From: Octopus vulgaris
Lineage: Eukaryota
Reading direction: 5' to 3'
Length of the DNA: 64,000 nucleotides
NCBI GenBank assembly: GCA_951406725.2
Contig: OX597822.1
Coordinates: 81,964,001 to 82,028,000 of the forward strand
The translations under genes and the position numbers were made by a program. Below are positions 1-13,836 of this stretch, in pieces. The notes under the pieces were generated by a model. It saw only the letters and a list, made by a program, of their open reading frames with translations, ran no database searches and was not told the DNA's origin. Position 1 is the first letter of the stretch, and the number at the start of each line of letters is the position of its first letter.

Positions 1-1154
1 CTTTCCACCCATTAATTTAGCTGATTACATTTTATTTTTTTTATTACTATTTTTCTTTAATTAAAATCTTTGGTCTGGATGCAATCACAAGTGTCTCTTC
101 AAATTCACAAAGATAATTTTTTGCGCTCATTTTATTTTGTTTATTTATATATTTATTCTTTGGTGGCTTTCTTATTTGCTTATTGTTTCTTTTTTTTTTC
201 TTATTTGCTTCTGGTTGTTGTTGTTGTTATTATGGAAGTGGTACTGTTTGTTGTTGTTTTTCTTGTTGTTATTGTCTTTTCCAAGTTTGTTTTTCTCTTA
301 CTTTTAATTGTTAATTATAATTTGCTTTCTGTTTTCTCTCCCTCTCTCTCTCTCTCTCTCATTTTCTCACTTTTCCTTCTTGGATTACCTATCTCTCTCT
401 CTCTTTACTTTTGTATATGTGGGTATGTGTGTGTATTTCATCCAATGACTCAAACATTCTCTCTCACATAATCAGTCCTCTTATCACAATACAACTATTT
501 TAAAATCAACTTCTAAATTAGAATTAAACCATCCTTACATTTTTTCTGTCTTTAAATACTTTATTTTCCCTAATTTTTTTTTAAACATATTTGTGCATTT
601 CAAGCTCTGGTTCCCATGATTCTCTAGTTTCATGTCACATCTGTGCAAAAGGTTTGTGTGTGTGTGTGTATGTTGTTTTTTTTTTAAGGAGATGGAGGAC
701 ATTTGACTTTTCAAAACGACCTCTCTCTCTTTCCCATTATAATATTAAATGAATCTGGTTTTGAATTTACATTTTCAGTGAATCACGGTTTTTATTGAAT
801 ATAGTTTTGGAGTTTTTTATCCTGCCATTCGACTTTTCCAGAGGTGGTTGTTTGTTTTATTAAGACAATATCTAGGATTACATTATTATCCAGTGTGTCA
901 GTTGTAAGATTTGACTGTTATTTCTAGCAAATTGAGTGACATGGAAACTACTTTTTTATTCTATCATTTAGTTAGAGAAGAAGGGCAGTGAAAATATGAT
1001 AGAGGAGATGGGAAAGGAGGAAGAGGTAGTAAGAGATGAGAGGAGAAGAGAATGAGTAAATAGAGAGAAGAAGAAAAGGAAGGTGGCTAAGAGGAGATGA
1101 GGGAGAAAATAAATTGGAAAGAGAGAAAGATTGTGGTCATGATGGTGCGGGGTG

Positions 1155-1420
1155 GGATTAAAGGGTCAATGACCATGAAATTGCACCTAGAAAGTTCCCC
1201 TCCAAGGCACAATTCCAGGCAAGATTATTTTTATGGATGACCAACGGTCACCCATGCATACCAGCCTCGTCTCTCCACGCCACCGATGCTATCCAAGGTA
1301 AAGGGGCCGATACAGCTTGGCACCAGTGGCGTCGCAATTCATTTCTACAATTGAGTGAACTGGAACATCATGAAATAAAGTGTCTTGCTCAAGAACACAA
1401 CACACAGCCCAGTCAAGGAA
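1155..1420 (-). mobile_element. SINE fragment
   Basis: Contains aaataaagtgtcttgctcaagaacacaac, shared with the SINE copies at ~16110-16140 and ~37890-37920. Confidence 0.55.
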
Positions 1421-1501
1421 ACAAGGAGCAGAGAAAGAGATGAGAAAGATAGCCGAATAAAGTGAGAGGGAAAACAGAAATGTTTAAAATGAAACAGGTA
1501 T

Positions 1502-2297
1502 CAGAATAAGTACCAGACTTAAAATTATGTACGGGAGTTGATTTGAGTGACTAAACTCAACACAGAACCCAGAATGGTTGCAGTCCAATGACTGAAACAA
1601 GTGAAAGATAAATATGGGGGTAGGAGTGGCTGTGTGGTAAGAAGCTTGCTTCCCGACCACATGGTTCTGGGTTCAGTCCCACTGCGTGGCACCTTGGGCA
1701 AGTGTCTTCTAATATAGCTTTGTAGACTGAGATGATGTCCAACAGCACAAGTAAAATGAAACAAACATCTGACTGGATTTGAACATATTTTTATCATTAT
1801 TACACAGGTACATGCTAATTTAATTAACAAGTTTTTTTATCTTAATGTTTGGTGACAACAAGTCTCCTCGAATCTCAAGAATTTTTTTTAGGATTCTTGC
1901 AGAATATAGAATGGTACATTTCTGCCGGTCGACCATGTGAATTTCAGTTCCAATCTCCCTGAGCCTTTTAGGTAGCATTTTGGGTGCCGTGCCAAGTGTA
2001 CCAGTTACGTGGTCTTCCACAGTCACTGGTTAGATTCTCATGTTTTCAGTTCCCACATTTTGGTACCTCTATTTCCAGCTCTTTTTTCTTTTATTCTTGT
2101 TTCAGTCATTTGACTGTGGCCATGCTGAAGCACCACCTTTAGTCAAGCACATCGAGCTCAGGATTTATTCTTTGTAAGCCTAGTACTTATCCTATCGGTC
2201 TCTTTTGCCGAGCTGCTAAGTTACAGGGACATAAACACACCAACATCGGTTGTCAAGCGATGGAGGGGGCGGACAGAGAGAGATATACACACACATG

Positions 2298-2329
<32 letters not shown>

Positions 2330-2610
2330 CGCGACAGGCTTCTTTCAGTTTCCATCTACCAAATCCACTCACATGGTTTTGGTTGGCCCAAAGCTATATT
2401 AGAAGACACTTGCCCAAGGTGCCATGCAGTGGGACTGAACCCAGAACCATGTGGTTGGGAAGCAAGTTTCTTACCACACAGCTGCTCCTGCCCCCATATT
2501 TATCTTTCACTTGTTTCAGTCATTGGACTGCAACCATTCTGGGTTCTGTGTTGAGTTTAGTCACTCAAATCAACTCCCATACATAATTTTAAGTCTGGTA
2601 CTTTATTCTG
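1502..2610. repeat. inverted duplication, 1502-1722 vs 2389-2610
   Basis: ~220 bp of near-identical reverse complement spanning the junction between two SINE copies. Confidence 0.85.
1822..2081 (-). mobile_element. R4/Dong-type (restriction-like endonuclease) non-LTR retrotransposon 3' fragment
   Basis: Peptide ...VTGTLGTAPKMLPKRLREIGTEIHMVDRQKCTILYSARILKKILEI resembles RLE C-termini (IGALG...LQK...ARILRKVL). Confidence 0.65.
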
Positions 2611-2880
2611 TCAGTCTGTTTTGCTGAACCACTAAGTTACAGGAACGTAAGCAAACCAGAACTGGTTCTAAAGTAGTGGGGACAGGGACACACACACACT
2701 TCTGCAACAGGCTTCTATACAGTTTCTGTCTACCAAATTCAATTGCAAGGCATTGATCTGCCTATGGTTATAGCAGTAGAGTAGTAGACATTTATCCAAG
2801 GTATTGTGCAGTGGGATTGAACCTGAAACCACATAGTTGCAAACTGAGCTTCTTAACCACACTGCCATGCTTGCACCTGT
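2082..2880 (-). mobile_element. two tandem tRNA-derived SINEs (family A)
   Basis: Head GTGGCTGTGTGGTAAG...GGTTCAGTCCC (A/B boxes), internal (TA/TG)n, tail ...GACTGAAACAAG. Other copies at ~11520-11895, 12284-12630, 17955-18292, 18780-19055, 20643-20940 and 21520-21900. Confidence 0.85.
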
Positions 2881-4241
2881 GACTCGGATAATCTGTTTTC
2901 GATAGACATTATCATCTCTTGAGACCTGGCACTTCTTTTCTTGGTGGGTTTTTAAATTTTTTTTATTTTACAAAAGTCTCCACTCAGATTATTTCTAATC
3001 TCTCTCTGTGTGGATTAACATATCCCAGAGTATGGTCATTTTGTCAGTGTCTGAGACCTTCTCTGGTGTATGATCATCTTCATTTTAATATCCATTTTTC
3101 CATGCTTGCATCGGTCAGATGGAGTTTATTGAAGCAGATTTTCTATGACTGGATGCCCTCCCTGTCACCAACCCATACCAGTTTCCAAGCCAGAGAAAGT
3201 GGAAATCAATGACATTTGTTTACAACAGTCACATGATGTCAAGACAAGGGGAACACAAACAAACACATACACACACATTAGGTTTCTGGATACCAGGTTC
3301 AATCACAATGCTTTGGTCATCCCAGAGCCGTAGTAGAGGACACTTGCCCAAGGTGCCATGTAGTAAGACAGAACCTGAACCCATGTGGTTGGGAAGCAAC
3401 CTGCACCTATTTTCACCATCTCTTTTCTATTAATATTTCATAATGCTTTGTAATTTCCTGGTTAATGAAAGCCACCCCCCACTTCTATCAAGCCTGTAAA
3501 ACTATTTTCTCTTGGTTAAAACTGAGCACCCAATGTGGCTAGTCATAGTAGTAGTAATAGTAGTTGTTGTTAGTGCTTTTGTCTATAGTAGACATGTCTT
3601 CTATCCAGACAGATGGACTTTTATATTTGCATCTACACATCCACTTCTTCCTCTCTTCTTAACTAATCCCCTTCCCATAGCACAACATTTTCACCTGGTT
3701 TATATCCATTGATCTCTCCACTACCACCACCTTTTTTCTTCTTTTTCTCACTATTATGCTTCTCTTTTTCTTGATAAAGGATTACTGCACAAAATGTTGA
3801 GACTCTCTCTCTCCATAAAAGCTTTAAGCTAATACCTTATTTGTTAAATTGTGTTCTTTCTATGTTCTATTGTTCATTATTTTTACACCAGTGTGTTTTT
3901 TTTGTTTAATGTAAAAAAAAAAGAACTTTTTTTTTGTCCTTGTAATTCCACTGAGGTTGACTTTGCCTTTCATCCATTCAGGGTTGATTATATAAGTACC
4001 AGTTACACTCTGGGGATCGATGTAATCAACTTAATCCCTTTGTCTGTCATTGTTTGCCCCCTCTATGTTTAACCCCCTGTGGGCAATAAAGAAATATATG
4101 TGACCTTGTGTGTACCGTTGGCGATTTTTTTTTCCCTCTGTCTTCCCTTCTCTGGATCTTTCCTTCTTTCCTGAGCGTCAAATAATACTATATTTGTTCC
4201 ACGTCCTCGCGTTGTGGTTTTTTGTGCTTTCTTGTTTGGAT

Positions 4242-4273
<32 letters not shown>

Positions 4274-4978
4274 GCACCATCCGAACGTGGCCGATGCCGG
4301 TGCCCCCTGACTGGCTCCCATGCCTGAGGTACGTAAAAAGCACCATCCGAACATGATCAATGCCAGGCCTGCCTGACTGGCTCCTGTGCCGGTGGCATGT
4401 AAAAAGCATCAGATTGGAGCCTGGTGCAGCCGCTGGCTCTCCACACCTCAGTTAAACTGTCCAACCCATGCCAGCATGGAATACGGACGTTAAACGATGA
4501 TAATACATATTGTTATCCTTGTGTCCATTTTTCATTTGGATCAATGTTTGTTAACCTGTCTTCATAGGTACAAGCATGGTTATATGATCAAGAAGCTTGC
4601 TTTGCAACCAGGTGATTTCAGGTTCAGCCCCATCATGCAGCACCTTGGGCAAGTGCCTTCTACTATAACCCTAGGGCAACTACTGCCTTGTGAGAGAATA
4701 TGGTAGACAAAACTTGCAAGTTTTTATGTTTGTCCCCTTAACTTAGCAGTTTGGTAAAAGAGACCAATAGACTAAGTACCTAACTTAATAAATACTGGTT
4801 AATTTGTTCAACTGAACCGTTTGAGGTAGTCCTGGTAGCTTCTAAACCTAAGCCTCTCTATTTTAATCATCTTCTATCTGATTTTGCAATTCTTCACTCT
4901 GTAACCATTCTTAAAATTTTGTGTAGTACAAAATTTTCGTCATCTTGTTCATTTTCTTCTCTCTCTCTCTCATTTTAG

Positions 4979-5059
4979 AGCTGACCTAGAGACAACATAT
5001 GCAAAGGGATTAAGCCGACTCAGTACGAAGATCATGAAGCTGTCTTCTAATTCCAGCGG
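4979..5059 (+). CDS. NOSTRIN: NOSTRIN-like protein, first exon in window (F-BAR/FCH; upstream exons missing)
   Basis: ttttag|A GCT GAC...AGC GG|gtaagt; (R)ADLETTYAKGLSRLSTKIMKLSSNSS(G), matching the FCH motif R-x-x-L-E-x-x-Y-A-K-x-L (human NOSTRIN RANLEISYAKGL); phase 2-2. Confidence 0.9.
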
Positions 5060-5285
5060 GTAAGTTTAATCTGGATAACCTTGTTGCACAAACACACGTG
5101 TATGGTAGGGAGATTAATGTTTCTGCTCATCCTCTTATATATGTATCTATCTACACACTCACACCCATTTTCTATCATTCAGACACACACACATAATTAC
5201 ATACATACATACATACATACACACACACACAGACATGTGTTTGAATTTTAAAAAATAATAACATTACATATCTTCTATATTTCAG

Positions 5286-5348
5286 AAGTCTGTGTGAAGG
5301 CTGGAAAGCTACTTCTGTAGAAATGGAATGTGAATCTGACTTCCACAA
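5286..5348 (+). CDS. NOSTRIN: NOSTRIN-like exon (F-BAR)
   Basis: ttcag|A AGT...CAC AA|gtaagt; SLCEGWKATSVEMECESDFH(K); phase 2-2, in frame with neighbours. Confidence 0.9.
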
Positions 5349-6502
5349 GTAAGTTCCGCCACATCTGATTTTCCTTTTTCTTTTAAACAATGGAGCAAGT
5401 TTGGTGATAGCACATTATCGTAAAGGATGTAACATGTCATCACTAGCAAAAGTACTCTACATACCTATCATCGTCATCATCATCATTCAATGTCTATTTT
5501 CAATGCTAGCATGATTTGGACAGTTTGACAGAAATTGACAAGCTGAAGAGCCACACCAGGTTCCAATCTGATTTGGCTTGGTTTCTATGGCTGGATGTCC
5601 TTCTTTATATCATAAATACATTAGAATGGATTTTCAAAGAACACAGTAGAAACCACAGCAAATAAAGCATGGATTTGAAACAATTTATCCAACGATGGTA
5701 GACTGTAAAAGAAGAAAACAAAATGCTGCTTTGTAAAAGAAATGTTCCAAAATCCATTGGACTGTATGTGTGCATGCATCAGCATTTTCATCGTAATTCA
5801 GTGTCCACTTCTCCATACTTTCATGGGTTGGATGGAATTTGTCAAGACAGATTTTCTATAGCCAAATGCTCTTCCTGTTGCCATCGCCTACCTGTTTCCA
5901 AGCAAGCTGATATTTTTCCATAGCTAGACATATTTTTCACAGAAGACTGGAAATGAACAACATCGCTATTTGACAATGATGCTCATTTACAACCATTATG
6001 TGATGTGTAGGCAAGGGTACATACACACACACACATGCATTAATATGCAACAGGCTTCTTTCAGTTTCCTTCTACCAAATATACTCTCAAGGTTTTGGCC
6101 AGCCCAGGACTATAGTAGAGAACACTTGCGCAAGGTGCCATGCAGAGAGACTGACCCAAAAGCCAGATGGCCATACCTGCACCTATGTGTATAATAAACT
6201 GGCCAAGTGGATTTGGTTTTAGACAACCAACTTATATGGACTTCAAGTTCAAATCCATGGCATGTGTTTTGGGGGCAAAACACTGAATTCTATATTGCCT
6301 CTCTATAATTCTATACTTTCTGAATGTCAGCTACCTTATCTGGGAAAGTCACCTGTATTAGCATGGTGTCCTATCCAGGATAAGATTACCAGCTTATAAA
6401 AGCTTGATGAATGGATCTGAAGAGATTTTGTATTTTATTTATTTGTTTGTGTTTGCTTTTTGTCATATGCTGTAAATGGGTCTTGAAATCCTTATTTCTC
6501 AG

Positions 6503-6584
6503 GCATCTCAGTCGGGCATTATGGGAAGAAATATCTAAACCCCTGAAAACGTGGGTAGAAACACAACAAAAAACCCGTCGGCCG
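6503..6584 (+). CDS. NOSTRIN: NOSTRIN-like exon (F-BAR)
   Basis: ctcag|G CAT...CCG|gtaagt; HLSRALWEEISKPLKTWVETQQKTRRP; phase 2-0. Confidence 0.9.
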
Positions 6585-7218
6585 GTAAGTGAATTCTGTT
6601 CATTCCTTTCAGAGTTTATTCATTTTTTATATCCACACTAACAAAAAAAAAGATGTTAAAATGAGACAAGTTAGGGACCACCAAGAATCTTCTCCTATAG
6701 GCTGTATTTCAGAAATAGGGGCACTTTATAAATGATTAATATATGTGATAGAAATTGCCAAGACTTCTTCAATTTATATACAACCATCTTTAAAAAGATG
6801 AAAGGTTACACTGGATAATGTAATCCTAGATACACTGTGTCAAGAAAAAAGATAGGATAATCATGGTTGGGATGTTTTTGGTCATTGGTCTACCCAAATA
6901 TAGCTGACAATCTCGGAAATACATTCATATCAAACATATTTGTGATTGTTATAAACTGAATTTCTGTTCTCAAATATGTCAATTTAGTTTTAAACTTTTA
7001 TAAAGAAACAAAAGAAAATGGAGATTGGGAAATTAATAATTGTTTGTTATTAACAGCAAATTAATCACCTTCACTTACAGCTGTTTCAATTAATACTCAG
7101 AAAATATTAAATTTATATTTATATGACCTGAGCATAATATCTTCAGAGATGAAAAAAATTTAGCCTTGGATGTTTTATATGTGTTTATGCATTAATTGTA
7201 GCAGCCTAACCTCTAATC

Positions 7219-7251
<33 letters not shown>

Positions 7252-7269
7252 TATATATACCCATATATA

Positions 7270-7976
7270 TAGGCATACCTTGGCTTAAGTTGTTCTCGAT
7301 TAAATGTCGGTTTTCAAAAATCATATGAAAAAACAAAAATCAAGTTAGGTCGACTTTACATTTGTCTGCCACAAATACTGTAATCGTAAAAACAATAGAA
7401 AACCATTAAAAACACATAAAGTCATATTACTGTACAATAAATAAGAATAAAAGCATATAAAATCATATTAAAATACGTACAGTAAATGTTAAGATACACA
7501 CCATAAAGTAGTGTAGCTTAATGAACGAAATCACCAAATTGTATGTATTTATTGGCAATTTTAAAATAATCTAGTTTTTTTTTATTATTGTGAAATAAAA
7601 ATAATTACTGAATTTGTTTTTTAAGCTTAAAAAAGGTTTTCATTTTACCATGTCTTATTGCAAACTGCATTCATAAATAAAGTGTCCATGAAGTACAGTA
7701 AACACTGCCAAATTGTATTTGTAAATATAGATTACTTTTTTTATTACTGTACTGTATTAAAAAATAAAAATTCTTTGTTTGTAAGCTTAAAATAGGTTTT
7801 TATTAACCGTGTATTATTGAAAATGCATTCATAAATAAAGTACAGAACTGGGAATGGTTATTGTCAGTTTAGCCTAGCGACAAGTAAATTCTGCATAGCC
7901 TAAACTAGAGACAAATTAAATCGACTTAAGCCATGTCTTCTGGAACCAATTAACGATGTAGGGTGAGGTATGCCTG
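7270..7976. mobile_element. Tigger/pogo-type MITE
   Basis: Termini (T)AGGCATACCT...GAGGTATGCCTG resemble the Tigger TIR CAGGCATACCTC; in a TA microsatellite; internal ~165-bp direct duplication. Confidence 0.7.
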
Positions 7977-9457
7977 TCTATCTATCTATCTACCTATCTA
8001 TATATATATATGATCTGATCTTGTAATATATACGATTCTGTATTGTACTGATATCTTGAGATAGAGCTAATTAAAATATAAGTACATTTGAACATCTAAA
8101 TATACTGGAAACAACATAATCTGTTACACACACACACAAATATATTTATACACAGCTATCTCTTCTCTCTGTGGGTACTCAGTCTCTTGCTTTGTGAAAA
8201 TGCCAAATATCACAAATATTTCACCTAAATGCATTCAAAGAGGCAAAACCTGTGAGGCAATGGGGTAAAATACCAGCTGTGTATAAGATTTGAACTTAAA
8301 CTGTAAGGAGCATTAATGGAGTCTAACAACTTCATCATCATCATCATCTGATGTCCATTTTCCATGCTGGCATTGGTGGGAGAGTTCGACAGGAGTTGGC
8401 AAGCTGGAGAGCAGTACCAAGCTCCGTAATGTCTGCTTTGGCATGGGTTTTCTCTGGCCTGATGACCTTCCTAGTGCCAACTACCTTACAGAGTGGACTG
8501 GGTGCCCCTCCTTATGTGGCACCAACACCTGCAAGCTTGCAAGACAAGGGCCGCTCAGCTGAGAGAGGGAGTGGAGAGATTAGATTATAATAGGACAGAG
8601 GTACAAATCATTTTAGGGGGAGGGGCGCAATTGGTTGCATCAACTCCAGTGCTTAATTAGTACTTATCTTATCAAACTCTGTAACGATGGAAGACAACCA
8701 CATTGTGGGATTTGAATGCAATGCCTAAATAAATCCTGCAAGGCATTTCATTTGGTGGATATTGTCATTTCTTCTGTCCATCTTCTTTTGTAATTATAAT
8801 TATCTTAATGAATAAAGAGTGCTGTCACGTTGCAGATTAAAAATAAATAAATAAAACAAAGGCTTTGTACTAGATTGAGAAGAGGATGGGAGATATCGGA
8901 TTGTCTCATTGGACAGAAAGTAGGTATGGGAAGGTAGGGAGGTCAGGTTAGCTGTTGTGGGTACCCCAGGAATTAGAACTGCATTCAAGTATTGCTTCTG
9001 TCGAGCTTATCACAGATGTTGATTCTTGTGTGATAATTATCATTGCTTTAACATCCTCTTGCATATCTTGGACAGAGTTTATTGTGTTCCTGTTGCCAAC
9101 AGTCACCTGTTTCCAAGCAGGGTAATATTTCTCCAAATGCACACATACACATCAACAGACCTACACTAAGTATGTTTTTAATTGGCTAAAATTATAAAAT
9201 TACAATATATACATATACGTGTCTGTACCTATATTCATTATTAATTCATTCATTCAGAGGTATGAACAGGAGAAAGAGTACTCTGGAGAGATTTTTATAT
9301 TTGTTTGCAGTGTAACGATTTACTCCATTTTTGCTCAAAGGAATTCATAGTGTAAGAAAAGGAGGAACTCATCTACTCACCTTGGGCAGGTGTGTGTGTG
9401 TGTGCATCTATTAACTTACATTCAGTTTAATATTTCCTAATATAAATTTATCTTCAG

Positions 9458-9520
9458 ATTGAAGCAATGGTGGAGAAAGCTGTCCGTCAGTTGGCAGATC
9501 GCAGAAACGATGAATACAAA
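9458..9520 (+). CDS. NOSTRIN: NOSTRIN-like exon (F-BAR)
   Basis: ttcag|ATT...AAA|gtaagc; IEAMVEKAVRQLADRRNDEYK; phase 0-0. Confidence 0.9.
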
Positions 9521-10422
9521 GTAAGCTTAATGTTGTTGTTTTATCAAATCCTTTCCCTCCCCGCTCCCTTCGCAACAAATGTTATGTCTGTCTGTATGTC
9601 ATTATTTTTATCTGAAGGTGGCGAGCTGGCAGAAACGTTAGCACGCCGGGTGAAATGCTTAGCAGTATTTCGTCTGTCTTTACATTCTGAGTTCAAATTC
9701 TGCCAAGGTTGACTTTGCCTTTCGTCCTTTCAGGGTCGATAATTTAAGTACCAGTTGCATACTGGGGTCGATCTAAACAACTGCCCCACATCCTTCCCCC
9801 AAAATCTTACTTTTGTCTTTGATACTCTTGCACATACACCCAAACATTTTCCAGCTCCAACCCATTCTAGCAACAGCATATTACCTCCTCAAAGGTGCTT
9901 GCCCTCCCAGCCCCATGAAAATGTTGGCATTTTTATTTCCATCATCTGTCAGTTGCTAATCAACTCTGATGTGTTACTGAGTGTCACTTTTTTTTTTTTC
10001 TTTTATGTTTCACCTTTTTTCCTTTGTTGCAAAATCTTTCCTCTCAGCCCCATGTGAAAAGGGATCTTGCACAAGTCTCAACATATAAGTTTTCCTGTTA
10101 TTCAATCCCTCAAACTACCTATTTATTGAATGGCTAAGTATACCTTAGGCAGTTTCACTGTGAGCCATGGCCAACCTTCATATTATAGGTGCAGTCCATC
10201 GAACGAATTGCCATACACAGTTTCTCTCGCCACACTCAGGTTGACCAGGAACTTGTGATTGCAAAGCTGACTTTTCAACCATCCAGCCATGCCCTTCACC
10301 CTTATTTACATTTTTAGGCTACAACATCTCCAGACTGTTACAATTCACATGCCTGGAGTATGGATCTCAGCTAGGTATACTCTTAGTACTCCTAGTTGCT
10401 TAGCAGCCAACAACCTGTGTGT

Positions 10423-10991
10423 CTTGGAGTAAAGATTATTTGCCAACATAACATGACAGTCCTGGTTTAGGACGAATGTTGCTGTAATTTAGCCCTAGGA
10501 GACATTGCCTCCAGCTGGCTATACAACACAATCTGTGTTTTTATATTTTTGAACAAGGGAATCTAGCACTCCTACTCAGCTGAAGACAATATCTGTGTAT
10601 TGCGATTTCCAAGTTATTTCCCTTCATCAGCACTGAATAATTGTTCGGCTAGAGGTGGCGCTGCCAAATTCCTGTTCGAAATATAGAGTTTTCAAAGTGA
10701 CAACTAGTCACTGATTTATAAATTAGAAAATTACTATTTTTAAATCTCACAACGAGAGATATTCAGCAATGAGAGAGATTCTGTGCTGATGAAGAGAAAT
10801 AATCTGGAAATCATGATACAGATATTGTTTTGAGCTGATTTGGGGTGCTGGATTCCCTTGTTCGAAAATATAAGGACACAGATTGTGTCATATAGCCAGC
10901 TGGAGACGATGTTTCCTGGGGCTAAATTACAGCAACATTTGTCCTAAACCAGGACTGCCGTGTTATGTTGGCAAACAATCTTTATTCAAAG
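10423..10991. mobile_element. long inverted-repeat element with a hammerhead-like core in each arm
   Basis: Arms ~10423-10637 and ~10778-10991 are reverse complements. Plus arm TCTGTG-CTGATGA(10786-10792)...GAAA(10807-10810)-TCATGATA-CAGA; minus arm ...GAAA-TCGCAATA-CACAGA. Confidence 0.75.
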
Positions 10992-13081
10992 TATTTTGTT
11001 TAATATCTCTCATTGTGAGATTTAAAAATAGTAATTTTTCTAACCTATATGTCTGTTGTTATAAACCAGAACCAAACCACACACCCACAATGTATGGGGC
11101 TCTGAATGTTTCTGATAATTTAATGTAGCTTGATTCTCAAAATATGTAGTTGTGAATATACTTCTGAGAGTGTGAGTGAGAGAGAGAGAGGTGGTATTTT
11201 AGTGTTGACAATTGAAGATAAGCTTTCAGCAAACTTCATATTACAACTTATATCTGGTCTCCTGTCAATTATTATTATCTCATTCACTCAAGTTGCTGCT
11301 ATCCTTCAGGAAATTATAAACATCAGAAACACAACAGAAATTCTTATCTGCCCTTGCCTGTAGCAGTAAGACTCTCATAAGTTTACCATCCAGTTTCAAG
11401 TCTTTGTTGTTGCTATTTTAGCTTATTTCTGATGCTTGATAACCTAAGTGATATAAGTGATAGAAATAGTTTAGCATTTTGTTTTTGTTTTTTTTATTCC
11501 TCCAAGTTCCGGTCCTGTCTTTTATCTTTAATTTCTTTCAGTCATTGTTCTGTGGCCATGCTGGGGCATCACCTTGAAGGGCTTAACAAAAATTTTTTTT
11601 TTTCTTTTGAAGTCTTTTTTTTTTTTTTATTATATTAGTTTCTTTTGCTATTCCCCTGAGGTACAGGGACCAGCACCATTTGTCAAGTGAGGTAGGTGGC
11701 AGCGGTGGGTGTGTATGTTGGGGGCACATATGATGAGCTTCCACACAGTTCTCATCTCCCCAAATTCACTCACAAGGCTTTGGTCATCTCGGGGCTATAG
11801 TAGAAGATACTTGCCCAAGGGGCCATGCAGTGGGACTGAACTCAGAACCATGTGATTACAAAGTGAGCTTCTTAACCACACAGCCAAGCCTGGGCCTATT
11901 TATTGAACCCCTGTCAACATAAATGTGTGGTCTTTTGCCAATATAATACTACGATTAGTAACAATTACATTATATAATTGATCGTAATTTCGTAATGATC
12001 CTGGTTGACCTAATTCTGTTTAAATTATTAACCGTAAAACAGTTAATTATTTATTAAAGAAGCAACTGAAGTCAACTTTATTTTTTATCTTGCCTTTCAA
12101 GAACAATGTGTTATTTACTGAGAGTTATTGTTCTGGGATTTATGTGGCTACACTCCTTCCACCCACATGTGTGTCCATGTGTGGTTGTAAGAAATCAAAT
12201 ACTTCTGAGTGAGTGCTTGTCTAGCAATAAGCTGCTGGTAAGACGACTTCACAATTCCAGTTCTGCTTCTTGATTAGACCTATTAGACTGTGGCCATGCT
12301 GGGACATCACCTCGAAGAATTTTTTAGTCAAATGAATCAACCTCCATATTTATTCTGCCTTTTAGCCTTGATATTTATTTTATTGATCTCTTTTGCCAAA
12401 CCACTAAATTAGGAGGGACATAAACAAACCAATACTGGTTGTCAAACAGTGATGGGGAACACACACATATATAGAATGGGCTTTTTTTCAGTTTCCATCT
12501 ACCAAATCCACTCAAGGCTTTTGGTTGGCCCAAGACTAGTAGAAGACACTTGCCCAAGTTGCCACGCAGTGGGACTGAACCCAGAACCATGTGATTGGGA
12601 AGCAAACTTCTTACCACACAGCCATGCCTACACATATATGGTCATTTCTCTTTTCCCCACCCAAGAATGGACAAATGGACCTTATTATATGACTGGTACT
12701 TATGTTATTGAGTATTAAATGATGAATAGGTGACATCAACCCAAAGGGGTTTTGAAACCCAGAATTTTATGCAATCTGTGGTAGTCATTTATTCTTCAAA
12801 CCCCATCATCATCATCATCATCATTTAACGTTCATTTTATATGCTGGCATTGGTTGGATGGTTTGACTTAGGTCCGGAAAGCCAGCAACTGCACCAGGCT
12901 CCAATCTGATCTGGCAATGTTTCTACAGCTGGATGCCCTTCCTAACGCCAACCACTCCGAGAGTGTAGTGGGTGCTTTTTCCATGCAACCACTCGTTTCT
13001 TCAATTATTTGCAATTATATGTTCATGTAAAAAAAAAATTTTTTAATCTGAAATGGATGTCTATTGTGTTTATGGTTGCAG

Positions 13082-13189
13082 ACCAAAAAGAACGCCTTTA
13101 GTATGTCGAGAGATTTAGAAAAATTTGAGGAGCAACTTGCAGAAGCCAGAGATGGCAAAGGGAAATACACAGACAGAGATATAACCAAG
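13082..13189 (+). CDS. NOSTRIN: NOSTRIN-like exon (F-BAR)
   Basis: tgcag|ACC...AAG|gtgagt; TKKNAFSMSRDLEKFEEQLAEARDGKGKYTDRDITK; phase 0-0. Confidence 0.9.
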
Positions 13190-13836
13190 GTGAGTGTAAT
13201 TTTTATAATGTTTCAAGCAAAGATCTTATATAACCGTGATGTTCTGTATACATGGATTACTGGACACATTATCATAAGTTTGTATGTTATTACTGATATT
13301 TCATTGTGACCCTGAGTATGGCACTTAAGGGAGCCATTATACAGTCACTTGACCTGCTAGAAATAATTAGACATATCCTTCAAATCTTACAATGCTATCT
13401 TAAAAAGAGAAGGACACACATTTTTCTATATTTGGCTAAGTTAGAAGGAATTTGTTGAGGCAGATTTTTCTACAGCTGGATACCCTTGCTATTGCTCACC
13501 CTCATCTATTTCCTCATAGAAAACTGGAAACGAACAACCTCACTTGTATGACAATGATACTCATTTATAATCAGCGCATCAAGACAAGGCTACACACAAA
13601 CACACTCACACACACACAATGGGCTTCCATGCAGTTTCTATCTACTCACAAGACTTATGATCAACCCAGGATTAGTAGAAGACCCTTATCCAAGGTGCTG
13701 CACCAGGACTGAACCAGAGACCACACAGTTGAAAAGAAGGCTTCTTAACTATACAGCCACACCTGTGCCTCTCAAATATCAGAAAATAAAGTGGGATGGT
13801 CATGGCTGAGATCCCTGTGATCGTAAGACTGTTTAA

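Noticed and set aside
70-471. 133-aa hydrophobic ORF
   Set aside because: T-rich low-complexity sequence with no recognisable domain.
779-843. Possible missing upstream NOSTRIN exon (ttttcag|...CAG AG|gtggtt)
   Set aside because: The required frame starts with TGA and the peptide does not resemble the FCH N-terminus. The true upstream exons are probably outside the window.
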